From the IMG/VR virus record IMGVR_UViG_3300033121_001287, positions 20,525 through 84,524 of that record: 64,000 bases of DNA. One strand, given 5' to 3'. The notes beneath the pieces are model-generated. The model worked only from the letters and a program-made list of their open reading frames with translations, searched no databases and had not been told where the DNA came from. Of the stretch, positions 45,165-54,411 are shown one piece after another (the first letter of the stretch is position 1; each line of letters opens with the position of its first letter). A program made the translations under genes and the position numbers. The stretch is from a virus. Lineage: Duplodnaviria > Caudoviricetes.

Positions 45165-47669
45165 TTACTTGCACTCAGCCCAGTTGGCTCCCTCTTTACA
45201 CTCCCAGAGGATCGGCACGCGCAGTTCGGGAAACGACTGGTGATTGAGAATCTCATGTACCCGCTGCAACGTTTCAGGTTGCTGTGCGTCACCAGTGATT
45301 TCGTCATGCACCGTCATCCGCATCAGCAGCCCGGTGTGCTTGCGAGCTTTGTGCAGTTCAACGATCTTCGTTTTGACAATGTCACCCTCGGTGCCCTGAT
45401 CGATCATGCAAAACGCTTTGTGCAGCCGGTAATTATCGGGGAACCGGCTCCGACGCTTTTTGATCGTCCGCACGAAGCCGCGATGCGGGAACTTCCGATG
45501 CAGGGCCACGCTCTCCGGCGTCGAATTGCACCACTCGTCGCAGTGGCTCATCGCCAGATGCGATGCTTGCTTGAGCATCGGTTCGATCTCTGGAACTTCG
45601 CGAGCGTAAATAGCTTCAATCTCTCGCGCGTGCTCCAATCGAGGATCGGTGCGCTGCGCCTTGGCTGCACGAATCTGCTTAACCTCGATGGCGTTGATGA
45701 ACTCCATCATCTCGGCGACCTTGAGCAGCCCGCCACCGAAGATTTTCATGAAGTTCATGGCCTTCAGCTTCTCGTAGATCAGATCGGGCTTGTGCGGCGC
45801 AATCATCCCCATAATCATCTTGTGGAAGCTCGCCGTCGGATCTGCCGCGTACATCGCAAGGATGCGCGGGTTGTTCGCGTGGTGCGCGAAGATGCGGTAT
45901 TGGATCTGCGCCGCATCCGCTGCGAAGTACCGATGACCCTTGGCCGGGATGTACAACCGGCGCGGGAACAGATCCTCGCCGAAGACCGCAGCGTGATTAC
46001 CATGATTCGGCACCTGCTGAATGTAGCCAGCGCTGAATCGACCGGTAACCGTGCCGCCGTCTTCGCCGCGCAACTGATGCAGATCGAAGCGCAGGATCCC
46101 ATCGGGGCCAAGCATCTCATTGTACGGCTTGAAGATCTTCGAGTAGAGACTCGCAAGCTGACTGGCGAGATGCGCCTTCCGCACAATCGGATGATCGATC
46201 TTCGAAACGATCCCATCCGCGAACGTGTCCTTGCCGTTTTCAGTCACGGTAATGGGAATCTTCAACGCCTCGAAGAGACGCTTCCACGTTTTACCCGTAT
46301 GGTCGAACGCGAAGCCCACTTCGGTCGAGATCTCCATCAGCAAGCGCTGGTGCCGTCGCTGACATTCTTGCGTGAACTCAGCTAGCAACTCCAGGTCGAT
46401 GGGCGCACCGTTCTTTTCCATTTCAACGACGGCAAAGATTACGTCGTCCTCAAGGCGCTGCACGTCCATCAGGTCTTGCTCGATCAACTGCGGGTACATC
46501 ACGGCGTGAAGATCGGCGATCAGCTTGGCCTGATACTCTGCGCGTCGGGCGACGTAAGAGGCGTGGTACTCCTCCATGCGTGATTCATCGACGCGTGGTA
46601 CCTGCGGCCCACCGGGAAGCAAATCGGCTGCGAGGATATCGAGTGAGAAACGCTTCCGATGATCATCAAGCAACGCAGCCGTGTGCATGATGTCACTGAC
46701 CGTGCAACCCTGCTCTTCGAAGTCGATGCCGATGTTATGGCCCATGTGCAGATCGAATCGCGTGTTGGCGTTGATGATATGCCGCCCGCGAAACGACTTC
46801 AGGTATCGTACGACGGCGGTCTCGTCAAGATTGCCACCACCGTGATGCGCAAAGGGAAGATACCGCTGCAGTCGCCCGTCGATGGTGCCGACCGTCACGC
46901 CGATGGGTCGATGTTTGCCATTGACCCAGTTGAGCCCGTTCGTCTCGAAGTTCACGACGAGGGTTGGATCATCAATGCGAGGCGGCTCTTGCGCGACCCA
47001 CGATGTGGTCTGCTGCGTCGGCCCGGCCTGACTGAGAAAGGTGCTCAACGACGGAGGCTTGGTGCTCGCTGCGTCTTCGTAGTAAGGCAGATCGAGCTTG
47101 AGGATCTCGGGCTTCAGCGCTTTGATGCGCTCGACCATCTCCGGAGTCAGTTGCGATGCGTTCGAGACGAACAGCTTCCCGTCCCGCACCATGCACTTGA
47201 AGCCGCGCACCGCAAGTTCCGCCACCAGATCTCTTGCCGGGTTCGCCTCGATCTGCGTGTTGAGAAACGCCGACATCGATGGGATCACTTCCGCCTTAAC
47301 CACCGGATCCGCAAGATCCACAGCTCTCTTCGTCGGCACCGGAGGCTCGAACGGTAGCTCAACCGTAGGGGCGGCCGGGACCGGCACGGGCCGGGGTGAA
47401 ATCCGCGTTGCTGGCGGCGTTTCGGCCCCGTCCAAGGCAAAGGCCAAGGCACTGGGACCGGCGGGCCTCTCAGGGTCGGCGGGCCGTACGGGCAAACGTG
47501 GGGCTTGCAGACGTGGCGCGGCGACCGGCGCAACGTTCACCGCTGGCAGCGGAGGAATGTCCTGATAGGGATGGACGGGATCCTCCAATAACGCTGCGCG
47601 ATACGCGAACGTGGAGCCCTGCGCGCGTAGAAATTGCCTTATGAGCCGGTGCTCTTCGTGGCGGTTCAA
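45165..47669 (-). CDS. polA: Family A DNA polymerase (no 5'-3' exonuclease; degenerate 3'-5' exonuclease; Pro-rich N-terminal extension)
   Basis: TVTGRFS, DAAQIQYR, KAMNF..IFG, QGTEGDIVK, TVHDE. Confidence 0.9.
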   Translation of the reverse strand: MNRHEEHRLIRQFLRAQGSTFAYRAALLEDPVHPYQDIPPLPAVNVAPVAAPRLQAPRLPVRPADPERPAGPSALAFALDGAETPPATRISPRPVPVPAAPTVELPFEPPVPTKRAVDLADPVVKAEVIPSMSAFLNTQIEANPARDLVAELAVRGFKCMVRDGKLFVSNASQLTPEMVERIKALKPEILKLDLPYYEDAASTKPPSLSTFLSQAGPTQQTTSWVAQEPPRIDDPTLVVNFETNGLNWVNGKHRPIGVTVGTIDGRLQRYLPFAHHGGGNLDETAVVRYLKSFRGRHIINANTRFDLHMGHNIGIDFEEQGCTVSDIMHTAALLDDHRKRFSLDILAADLLPGGPQVPRVDESRMEEYHASYVARRAEYQAKLIADLHAVMYPQLIEQDLMDVQRLEDDVIFAVVEMEKNGAPIDLELLAEFTQECQRRHQRLLMEISTEVGFAFDHTGKTWKRLFEALKIPITVTENGKDTFADGIVSKIDHPIVRKAHLASQLASLYSKIFKPYNEMLGPDGILRFDLHQLRGEDGGTVTGRFSAGYIQQVPNHGNHAAVFGEDLFPRRLYIPAKGHRYFAADAAQIQYRIFAHHANNPRILAMYAADPTASFHKMIMGMIAPHKPDLIYEKLKAMNFMKIFGGGLLKVAEMMEFINAIEVKQIRAAKAQRTDPRLEHAREIEAIYAREVPEIEPMLKQASHLAMSHCDEWCNSTPESVALHRKFPHRGFVRTIKKRRSRFPDNYRLHKAFCMIDQGTEGDIVKTKIVELHKARKHTGLLMRMTVHDEITGDAQQPETLQRVHEILNHQSFPELRVPILWECKEGANWAECK

Positions 47670-47947
47670 GGTGCCTCATCCTCGATGATCACTTCAGCGG
47701 TATGCACATAAGGGTGAAAATACAAGCCGATATGCTTGGCCTTCGCGATGCGGTGCGCCGGGTAGCACGATCCGCACCAGAGATACGGAAACAGGTACCA
47801 CGACCACGCTCCCGCTGCGCGCTGCCAATGCCCGGCTCGCACTCGTCGTAGCTCGGGGCGTGGATGATCAAGGATCTCGGTGTACCCATGCCGGTAGAGC
47901 AGTTCGAGCGTTCGATCAATCGCGCGTTCGGTTAGTGATGCCGCCAT
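47666..47947 (-). CDS. Hypothetical protein
   Basis: Overlap-coupled ORF; RVRAGHWQRAAGAWSW. Confidence 0.55.
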   Translation of the reverse strand: MAASLTERAIDRTLELLYRHGYTEILDHPRPELRRVRAGHWQRAAGAWSWYLFPYLWCGSCYPAHRIAKAKHIGLYFHPYVHTAEVIIEDEAP

Positions 47948-48245
47948 ACTTGACCGCCTGATCGGTTGAGCGACGGCGCTCGTACTCTTCCGGCGTAGGA
48001 GTCTGACTCGTTATGAAATTCTCATTGATCTCTTCGATCTCGACGTGCAGGCGTCCCTTCGTCAGTTCGTTGAAGGCGCGCTCCATCTCCCAAAACCGCT
48101 TCACGTCGTCGAGCGTCGGATGCTCGTTCTCGGCAAGCAGCAACTCCGTCGAGAACGAAATGGCATGACCGATCTTCATGAACTCGGACTTCGTTGTACT
48201 CGCAACAACGTTCGGCCCGTGAAACTTGAGCTTCAATCTGAACAT
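47916..48245 (-). CDS. Hypothetical protein
   Basis: GGAGGT RBS. Confidence 0.55.
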   Translation of the reverse strand: MFRLKLKFHGPNVVASTTKSEFMKIGHAISFSTELLLAENEHPTLDDVKRFWEMERAFNELTKGRLHVEIEEINENFITSQTPTPEEYERRRSTDQAVKYGGITNRTRD

Positions 48246-48493
48246 GGTAACCTCCGATACTCTTGCTTGTAGCTCTCAGCCCGCTCGCGGTACCACGCCA
48301 TGTCTTCGGGCGTGTCGGCATGGGCTGCGGAATCGTCATCTCGCGCGGCGCAGTAAAGCAGTTGATCGGCGTCAGACCAGAGTCGGAATACTCGCGGCGG
48401 TACCTCTTGCCACAAGTCTTCGACGGGAGCCTCTTCAGGCTCCGCGTCGAAGTTGAACATCTGCTGACCGCGAATGGCTTTAGCCTTCGCCAT
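48233..48493 (-). CDS. Acidic hypothetical protein
   Basis: ORF track; coupled to neighbours. Confidence 0.55.
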   Translation of the reverse strand: MAKAKAIRGQQMFNFDAEPEEAPVEDLWQEVPPRVFRLWSDADQLLYCAARDDDSAAHADTPEDMAWYRERAESYKQEYRRLPCSD

Positions 48494-48496
48494 CGA

Positions 48497-48757
48497 TCAA
48501 GCCTGCGCGCGTGACTGCTTCTTGGCGGGCTTCTTCGCGACCGGTGCTGGTGTCGGTGCCGACGTGCGCTTGGTCTGCGTCGGCTTCGGGATCATGCTGC
48601 GCCGGTCGTTCGTCTGGCGACGAGAGAGCGAGGAGGAATGGTAAACGCAGCGGCCGACGCGATCTGCGGGGCGCTCGTTGCTGACACCTACGACGTTGTC
48701 TGGAAGGGTGTGGACTCGCTTGATCTTGCGGCAGGTGGTGCAGAAGAAACGCTTCAT
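48497..48757 (-). CDS. Zn-finger-like basic protein
   Basis: CTTC...CVYH and a Lys/Pro-rich tail. Confidence 0.55.
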   Translation of the reverse strand: MKRFFCTTCRKIKRVHTLPDNVVGVSNERPADRVGRCVYHSSSLSRRQTNDRRSMIPKPTQTKRTSAPTPAPVAKKPAKKQSRAQA

Positions 48758-49003
48758 CTCGGACCCGACCTTTCGGTGCAAGGGGTGAACGGCGAAGGGC
48801 ATCGGGCGGCAGATGGTAATGGAGGTTACGCTCTGCCCTACCCGATGCCCGTTCGTCCTCTCCGGTTACGCTGTCTCTCCATCGCGCGGCAAGCTTTCAG
48901 TTCGCCGTGGCCGTGTGACGCTGTCCGTCCTACCGCGCGTTGTTTTCAGTCGTGCCGGAGAGGTTGGCGAGAAGGCGTCTCCCTTCTCGCCGACCTTGAT
49001 GTG

Positions 49004-49597
49004 TTACTCGGCGACCGGTGCGGCCTCGGCGGCCAGCTTCGCCTTCAGCGCTTCCATGCGGGCCTGCGCCTTCGCGAGCTTCTCGGCGAGCGTCGGCTTC
49101 GGCGCGTTCTTCCGCGCGGCCTTGCGCTCTTCGGCCGTCATCTTCGCCTTCGGTGCCTTCGGCTCCGCGAACTCGCCGACCAGCGTCAGCGTCTCGGGCG
49201 GGTTGCCGCGATCCTTCTGGCTTCCGCCGAAGAGGGTCGAGAGGAACTGCACGCTGCCGTTGCGTCCGACGAGGTTGTAGATGACGAGGCGGTTCGTCTT
49301 GCGGGGTGCATCGCTGCGCTTGAGGGTGATCTCGCTCATGGCCTTCTTCTCCTGTGCCGGGGCTTCCGGCTGGTTGACCGGCGAGGTCGTCGCGACCGCC
49401 GGGTTCAAGTTCGACGGGGATGATGCGGTCTCCGCTTCCTCGTTGCAAGCGAAATCTTCGACCGGCGAGTCGGCTTCCGTCGTGACCGTCTCGGCGTGGT
49501 TCGGGGCGAAGGGCGAACGCTGACCCTTCATGCGGTTGTTCTTCGGCTTCGGGCTGTTGGCGGGCTTCGTGATCGTGGCCTTCGGCTGCTTGCTCAT
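49004..49597 (-). CDS. Lys/Ala-rich histone-like/nucleoid-binding protein; possible internal start at 49339
   Basis: KAPKAKMTAEERKAARKNAPKPTLAEKLAKA; RBS before both ATGs; strongly biased codons. Confidence 0.6.
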   Translation of the reverse strand: MSKQPKATITKPANSPKPKNNRMKGQRSPFAPNHAETVTTEADSPVEDFACNEEAETASSPSNLNPAVATTSPVNQPEAPAQEKKAMSEITLKRSDAPRKTNRLVIYNLVGRNGSVQFLSTLFGGSQKDRGNPPETLTLVGEFAEPKAPKAKMTAEERKAARKNAPKPTLAEKLAKAQARMEALKAKLAAEAAPVAE

Positions 49598-49648
49598 CGC
49601 GGCTCCTTGGTGGGCGGGCTCTGCGGCCCGCCCCGGAAAAGTTGACTG

Positions 49649-49677
49649 AGTATCCGATCCGTTGATGCGGATTGCAA
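49649..49677 (-). promoter_or_regulatory. sigma70-type promoter TTGCAA-17-GATACT
   Basis: A-tract upstream; followed by hairpin GGGCGGG-N8-CCCGCCC. Confidence 0.55.
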
Positions 49678-49685
49678 GAGCCTTT

Positions 49686-51236
49686 TTAGGAGGCTCCAAC
49701 CCACACCAGTTCCTGCTTCGCGCGGGTGATCGCGACGTAGCTGATGTTCTGTTCTTCTTCCGAGTCCTGCCGCAGCGTGCTGCGGAGGATGAACACTCGG
49801 TTGGCTTCGAGCCCCTTGGCCTTGTGGACCGAAGAGCAGGTGATCATCCCGGCCGCACCGAGTCCGTCGTCCGAGAAAAGGTGGTCGATGCGCGATTCGA
49901 TCTCGCTGACCGACTTCGCGCCTTCCGCGAGCGCTACCAGCATCGCGGCCTGATCGAGGATCGCGTCGATCTTCGCATCGATGGATGCGTGCCGCGCCTT
50001 CGGTGCCTGTGCGCGTTGCGCCTTCAGTCGAGCCTCTTCGCGCGAAGCCCATGCTTCGACCTTCGCGTGGTAGACCGGGACGCTGGTGGCCTTGAGCTTT
50101 TTCACCAAGGCCCGCAGCCCGGCACCGATGTCGCGTCCGGCGATCCGGGTGCGCTTGCCGTTGCGAAGGAGCTTCATCGCGATGCTGACCAGCGGAGCGT
50201 TGACGCGGCTGATGATGAAGTCGCCGGGTCCGGCAGCGTTGAAGAGGTTCTCGATGGCCAGCTCACTGATCTGCCCTTCGGGGTTGTTCGGCCCCGCTTC
50301 GAAGTCAGGTACGAAGCTCTGCGCGAGCCCGACGATGCTCCGGCCGCAGCGGTAGGTGACCGTCAGGCCCATTTCCACCGCGTTGAGTTCGCGCTTCAGG
50401 CGGTCGAGGCTCTGGCAGTCGGCTCCGATGAACCCGAAGATGGCCTGCCGGTTGTCGCCAACGATGGCGATCCGGCCGCCGGGCTTCAGGACACCCTGCG
50501 CGATTTCGAGTTGCGCCGTGGTCATGTCCTGCGCCTCGTCTACGACGACCAAGTTGAACTGCTTGGTGAGCCACCGGTTCCGCACCGGCAGGAAGATCAT
50601 GTCGCTGCCGTCGATGGTGTCGCCCGCAACCACCTGCGAGGCGAGTTCCATCGCGGCGAGCGCCTTGCGTTCGACGTAGCGGGCGTCGAACCCGATGTCG
50701 GCCCATGTCTCGTCCGGTTCGCACTCGAAGGCGATGGCGATGTCGGTCAGCTCGCCGATCTCCCGCGCGTGCGGTGCCATCAGGCGACCCTTCGTGTGCA
50801 GCTTCGAGACCAACCGGGTGATCGCGTCGGGCGCGGCGGTGACGTCCATCTGCTCGTCGTGCGTCAGCGAGTTGTAGGTCTTGCCATGCGGGATCGGCTG
50901 CGGGCGGCAGACGCGCTCGGCGATGGCGTCAGCGCGGGCGTTGCTATAGTCCACCTTGATCCGTTCCCGGAACCGGCCGATGCAGGCGAGGCCCACCGAG
51001 TGCAGCGTGCGCGCGGTGATGTTGGCGGCCGGGCCGATGCGGGCCTGAAGCTCGGTCTGGATGGTCTTGCTGAAGGCGCAGATCAGGATCTTCGGTTCGG
51101 GTGCTTTTTTCACCGCTTCGAGGATCGTCGTCGTCTTGCCGGTGCCTGCGCGGGCGCGCACCACCAAGTTCGGGCGCGCGGGATCGGGGTGCTCGAACCA
51201 GTCGAAAATCGCGGTCTGTTGTGGGCTCCAGTTCAT
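49686..51236 (-). CDS. UvrD/Rep-like superfamily 1 helicase
   Basis: RARAGTGKTT, VVVDEAQD, VGDNRQAIFGF, TYRC, SVHKAKGLE, YVAITRA. Confidence 0.92.
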   Translation of the reverse strand: MNWSPQQTAIFDWFEHPDPARPNLVVRARAGTGKTTTILEAVKKAPEPKILICAFSKTIQTELQARIGPAANITARTLHSVGLACIGRFRERIKVDYSNARADAIAERVCRPQPIPHGKTYNSLTHDEQMDVTAAPDAITRLVSKLHTKGRLMAPHAREIGELTDIAIAFECEPDETWADIGFDARYVERKALAAMELASQVVAGDTIDGSDMIFLPVRNRWLTKQFNLVVVDEAQDMTTAQLEIAQGVLKPGGRIAIVGDNRQAIFGFIGADCQSLDRLKRELNAVEMGLTVTYRCGRSIVGLAQSFVPDFEAGPNNPEGQISELAIENLFNAAGPGDFIISRVNAPLVSIAMKLLRNGKRTRIAGRDIGAGLRALVKKLKATSVPVYHAKVEAWASREEARLKAQRAQAPKARHASIDAKIDAILDQAAMLVALAEGAKSVSEIESRIDHLFSDDGLGAAGMITCSSVHKAKGLEANRVFILRSTLRQDSEEEQNISYVAITRAKQELVWVGAS

Positions 51237-51257
51237 CGACGCGTAACCTCCGAAGAC

Positions 51258-51286
51258 ATGATGCCGGAAAGCAGGATGGGAGTCGA
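51258..51286 (-). promoter_or_regulatory. Weaker sigma70-type promoter TCGACT-17-CATCAT
   Basis: Same A-tract context as the others; upstream of the UvrD-like gene. Confidence 0.45.
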
Positions 51287-51294
51287 GCTTTTTG

Positions 51295-51489
51295 TCAGTC
51301 GGCCCATCCCCGGCTACGCTCGCGCTCGTACTCCTCGTCGAACGCGGTGCGCTTCGCGTCCGCGTAGGTCTCGTCCTCGCAGGCCCGGCAGATGACGACG
51401 TCCTCGTACTCCCGGCCGTGCCACTTCCGCGTTTGGACTTCATCTTCCTGGTTCGGGATCGGCTTGCCGCAGCGCTCGCACGTGGTCAT
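51295..51489 (-). CDS. Small Zn-ribbon protein
   Basis: CERC...CRAC. Confidence 0.6.
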   Translation of the reverse strand: MTTCERCGKPIPNQEDEVQTRKWHGREYEDVVICRACEDETYADAKRTAFDEEYERERSRGWAD

Positions 51490-51671
51490 TTGGACTCCTT
51501 GGCGGCGTGCGCCGCCAGATGCTTGTCGAAGTTGCTCGACCGGCCGCCCCACGCGCCTTCGCGGATGGTACGTCCGCAGAAGGGGCAGACGTGGCTCGCG
51601 TAGGTCTTCTTGGCCTTGGCCGTACCCTCGGCCGCAGCCCACTCGTCGGCGCTCGGCGTGCGTTCGTTCAC
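51486..51671 (-). CDS. Small C2H2-like Zn-finger protein
   Basis: CPFC...HLAAH; GTG start with GGAGG RBS. Confidence 0.55.
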   Translation of the reverse strand: MNERTPSADEWAAAEGTAKAKKTYASHVCPFCGRTIREGAWGGRSSNFDKHLAAHAAKESK

Positions 51672-51931
51672 TTCCGCCTCCGTGGCGAAGCCGCGCCCTG
51701 CCGGTAGGCGTGGATGTCGCCGTCCACCGCGCGCCAGATCCCTTCGGCGTCCGCGTAGCCCCGGCTCGCGAAGGGCAGCATCGCGGCCTTCGCGCGGTGC
51801 GCCCGCGCCGTGATCAGGTTCCATTCCGTGGCGTCGGTGTTCCGCGCCTTGCAGAGCGCGAGCGCGTCTGCGAGCACCGCAGTGACGTCGGCCTTGGCTG
51901 CTTCGTAGTCCGCGTGGGTCAGGGTCGCCAT
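51668..51931 (-). CDS. Hypothetical protein
   Basis: GGAGG RBS; overlap-coupled. Confidence 0.55.
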   Translation of the reverse strand: MATLTHADYEAAKADVTAVLADALALCKARNTDATEWNLITARAHRAKAAMLPFASRGYADAEGIWRAVDGDIHAYRQGAASPRRRK

Positions 51932-51985
51932 TCGTTGCCTCCGCGACCATCATCGCTCTTCCTGCGCCATCGGGCAAGAGATCTT

Positions 51986-52282
51986 TTACTTGACGTCGGG
52001 CGGCAAGACATGCTCGGAAATCGGCCAGTGATCGGCCCAATCCTCCCATTCCAGCGGATGGCAATTGCATCCGTACACCCGGCCGCAGCTCGGGCAGGCA
52101 TCCTTCGCCGCGAGATCCTTCCGGCGCTGCTCCCGCTGCGCCCACAGACTGAACCGTCGTTCAAGCTGGATGGATGTCGTCTCGCTGTTGCCGATGGCGA
52201 CCTTCTCCCGGCAAGCCTTGCAGCGGTAGTTTCCCCGGCCGTACGTTTTCGCCAACTCGCCCCCACACCCTGCGTGCTTCAT
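51986..52282 (-). CDS. Zn-ribbon protein
   Basis: HAGC...CKAC...CPSC...CNCH. Confidence 0.55.
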   Translation of the reverse strand: MKHAGCGGELAKTYGRGNYRCKACREKVAIGNSETTSIQLERRFSLWAQREQRRKDLAAKDACPSCGRVYGCNCHPLEWEDWADHWPISEHVLPPDVK

Positions 52283-52329
52283 CTCGTCCCTCCTACCAGA
52301 AGGACGCTCGTCGCGTCAGGACATGACAC

Positions 52330-52830
52330 TTAGAGGCGGAAGCCCCTCCGGAACGCTTCGTCGAGGGGCAGCGGTGCGTAGCCGGTCTTCTCGACGGAAA
52401 CGTTGACGTAGCGCGGATCATGAATGATCTGATCGTGCAGATGCCCATGCACGTTGATACCGAACCGCCGAAGCGAATCGGGATGGATCGGCACGTGCGT
52501 CAAGATCCCCTCGGGGAAGCGACGGCAGGATGAGACGTTGTAGAAGTACTTCAGGTACTCCTTGAGCGGATAGATATCGTGGTTGCCCTTGATCAGATGC
52601 TTTCGGCCGTTGCAGCGATCCAGCAGCAGCAAGGCCTTCTTGTTGATCGCCACGTCGCCGAGATGATAGACCTTGTCGCCGGGTCTCACGACGGCGTTCC
52701 AGCGCTCGATCAGCGCTTCGTGCATCTGCTCAAGGCTAAAGAACGGACGGATGATTTGTCCGTCACCGTTCCGGAACTCGAGAATCTTCTTGTGTCCAAA
52801 GTGCGTATCGCTAATGACAAAGCGCTCCAC
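52330..52830 (-). CDS. Calcineurin-like metallophosphoesterase
   Basis: SDTHFGH, LGDV, GNHD, THVP, HGHLH. Confidence 0.92.
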   Translation of the reverse strand: MERFVISDTHFGHKKILEFRNGDGQIIRPFFSLEQMHEALIERWNAVVRPGDKVYHLGDVAINKKALLLLDRCNGRKHLIKGNHDIYPLKEYLKYFYNVSSCRRFPEGILTHVPIHPDSLRRFGINVHGHLHDQIIHDPRYVNVSVEKTGYAPLPLDEAFRRGFRL

Positions 52831-52839
52831 CGATCCTCC

Positions 52840-53172
52840 TCAATGGCCTCGTCGGGCCTTGATGCGAACGTGCGTGGTCGTCTCGTTGATCGAGAGGGCG
52901 CACGCGTTATTAAACGACTGCATGACCGCCTTTGACACATCGAGCATACCGTTCGGTTGATCGACGGCCGCCGACCAGAGCAGCAGATGCGAGATCGAAG
53001 AAGTACTTTCCAAGGATGCAATGCGCGCAGCTGCCTGCTCCTTCCACGCGCGCTCCTCCTGCACCATTTGAGTGGCGGCTTCTTCGAGCACCAACATCAC
53101 GTGCTCCTCACGACGGAGCCGAACGCCGATCACGGCCCACCAGATGGTCTTGAGGTAGCGACGGATCCTCAT
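52840..53172 (-). CDS. Hypothetical protein
   Basis: ORF with RBS; coupled to neighbours. Confidence 0.5.
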   Translation of the reverse strand: MRIRRYLKTIWWAVIGVRLRREEHVMLVLEEAATQMVQEERAWKEQAAARIASLESTSSISHLLLWSAAVDQPNGMLDVSKAVMQSFNNACALSINETTTHVRIKARRGH

Positions 53173-53471
53173 TTCTTCTCCTTGGCCTTCCAATAGGCAG
53201 CACGCGCAGCTGTCTCCGTCGGGTAGAAGTCCGTCTTCTCGACGTCCACCTCGTAGATCAGCGCGCCGATCAACACGACCGGGCCGTACTCCGGATCGCC
53301 CAAGACGCGATGCACCGGCGTGAAGGTATCTTCGCTCTCGTAAACGATCCAGCCGAGATTCTCGTTCGTCAGCGTGGTCTTCCACTTGAAGAGCATCGAA
53401 GCGCGGCGCACGCCATCGGCGGCTCGTAGCTTCGGGATGTCACGCAGGAAATTCAAGGTGGCGGCGGGCAT
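53169..53471 (-). CDS. Hypothetical protein
   Basis: TAATG coupling to the upstream gene. Confidence 0.55.
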   Translation of the reverse strand: MPAATLNFLRDIPKLRAADGVRRASMLFKWKTTLTNENLGWIVYESEDTFTPVHRVLGDPEYGPVVLIGALIYEVDVEKTDFYPTETAARAAYWKAKEKK

Positions 53472-53938
53472 TAGAACGCCGCCTTCGATGGGATCATCTC
53501 GATGTGCGTGGGCTCCCACACCCGCTGCGTGATCAGCACCAACTGCCGCAGGCTCGCGGCCATGTCTTCGAGAGCCCGCAGCACGCGCTCCTCGGTGTTC
53601 GACGTCGAATCGATCAACCCGCCAACCTGCGTCGGCAACTGACCGGCCCCGGTCGTAGCCGGTGCCGTTTCGGGATGCAGCATGCGCTCGCGTTCCATCT
53701 TGCGCTGCTTCATCACCAGTTCGATCTGGTGACGTTCGGTTCGCGCACCGGTGGCTTGCATGTCGACTTTCAACTTCTGCACGTCGGCGACGGCGATCTG
53801 ATGATAGCGACGGCCGTTCTCGCGGTGCGTGGGGATCAGCTGATCGTTGCACATCCGGTTCACGCTGCTGTTGGACACGCCGATCAGATTGGCCGCCTCG
53901 GTGGCGGTCATGAACGCTTTCGGTGCGGTCTTTTTCAT
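53471..53938 (-). CDS. Excisionase/MerR-like HTH DNA-binding protein
   Basis: MTATEAANLIGVSNSSVNRMCNDQLIP...GRRY. Confidence 0.75.
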   Translation of the reverse strand: MKKTAPKAFMTATEAANLIGVSNSSVNRMCNDQLIPTHRENGRRYHQIAVADVQKLKVDMQATGARTERHQIELVMKQRKMERERMLHPETAPATTGAGQLPTQVGGLIDSTSNTEERVLRALEDMAASLRQLVLITQRVWEPTHIEMIPSKAAF

Positions 53939-54411
53939 TGTCCTTCACTCCATTGAATGGAACGTTGCTTGGTGGTGCGGTGCAGCGGAGTCGGGTTGCA
54001 CGCGATGCAGAAATGGAAACGGCGCTGCGGCCGTCGATGGCGAGTCCAGGTACGGTAGCAGGTAGGGCACCGACCGATCCACCGACGCGGCGGCGTTGTC
54101 ACGCTCTGGCTGTCGTAGCAGCGCTTACCGTCGCCACCAATCCGGATGCAGATTTCCTTCCAGACGTGGTCATGGTGGTGCATGCGTCCGGCAAGGGCAT
54201 GCGCGATTTCGTGCAGGGTCGTTCGCATCACCGCTTCGTCCGAATTGACGGACGCGATGGGCTTGCTGATGGTAATGCGTTGCGAACCATAGAAGCAGCA
54301 GCCGAAACGGACGTGCGCGTTGTCCCACTCGAAGGTCCAGTCGTGCAGCCCGTGCCGCACCATCAAGTTCATGATGGCAATCTCGAGTGCGAGTTCCCGC
54401 GCTTCGGTCAC
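53935..54411 (-). CDS. SprT-like zinc metalloprotease
   Basis: RFGCC, TTLHEIAHAL, HDHVWK, CPTC...CIAC. Confidence 0.88.
   Translation of the reverse strand: MTEARELALEIAIMNLMVRHGLHDWTFEWDNAHVRFGCCFYGSQRITISKPIASVNSDEAVMRTTLHEIAHALAGRMHHHDHVWKEICIRIGGDGKRCYDSQSVTTPPRRWIGRCPTCYRTWTRHRRPQRRFHFCIACNPTPLHRTTKQRSIQWSEGQ

Noticed and set aside
53471-53938. Excisionase implying a temperate prophage
   Set aside because: No integrase, att site or host flanking genes in the window; this HTH family is generic. Lifestyle is undetermined.
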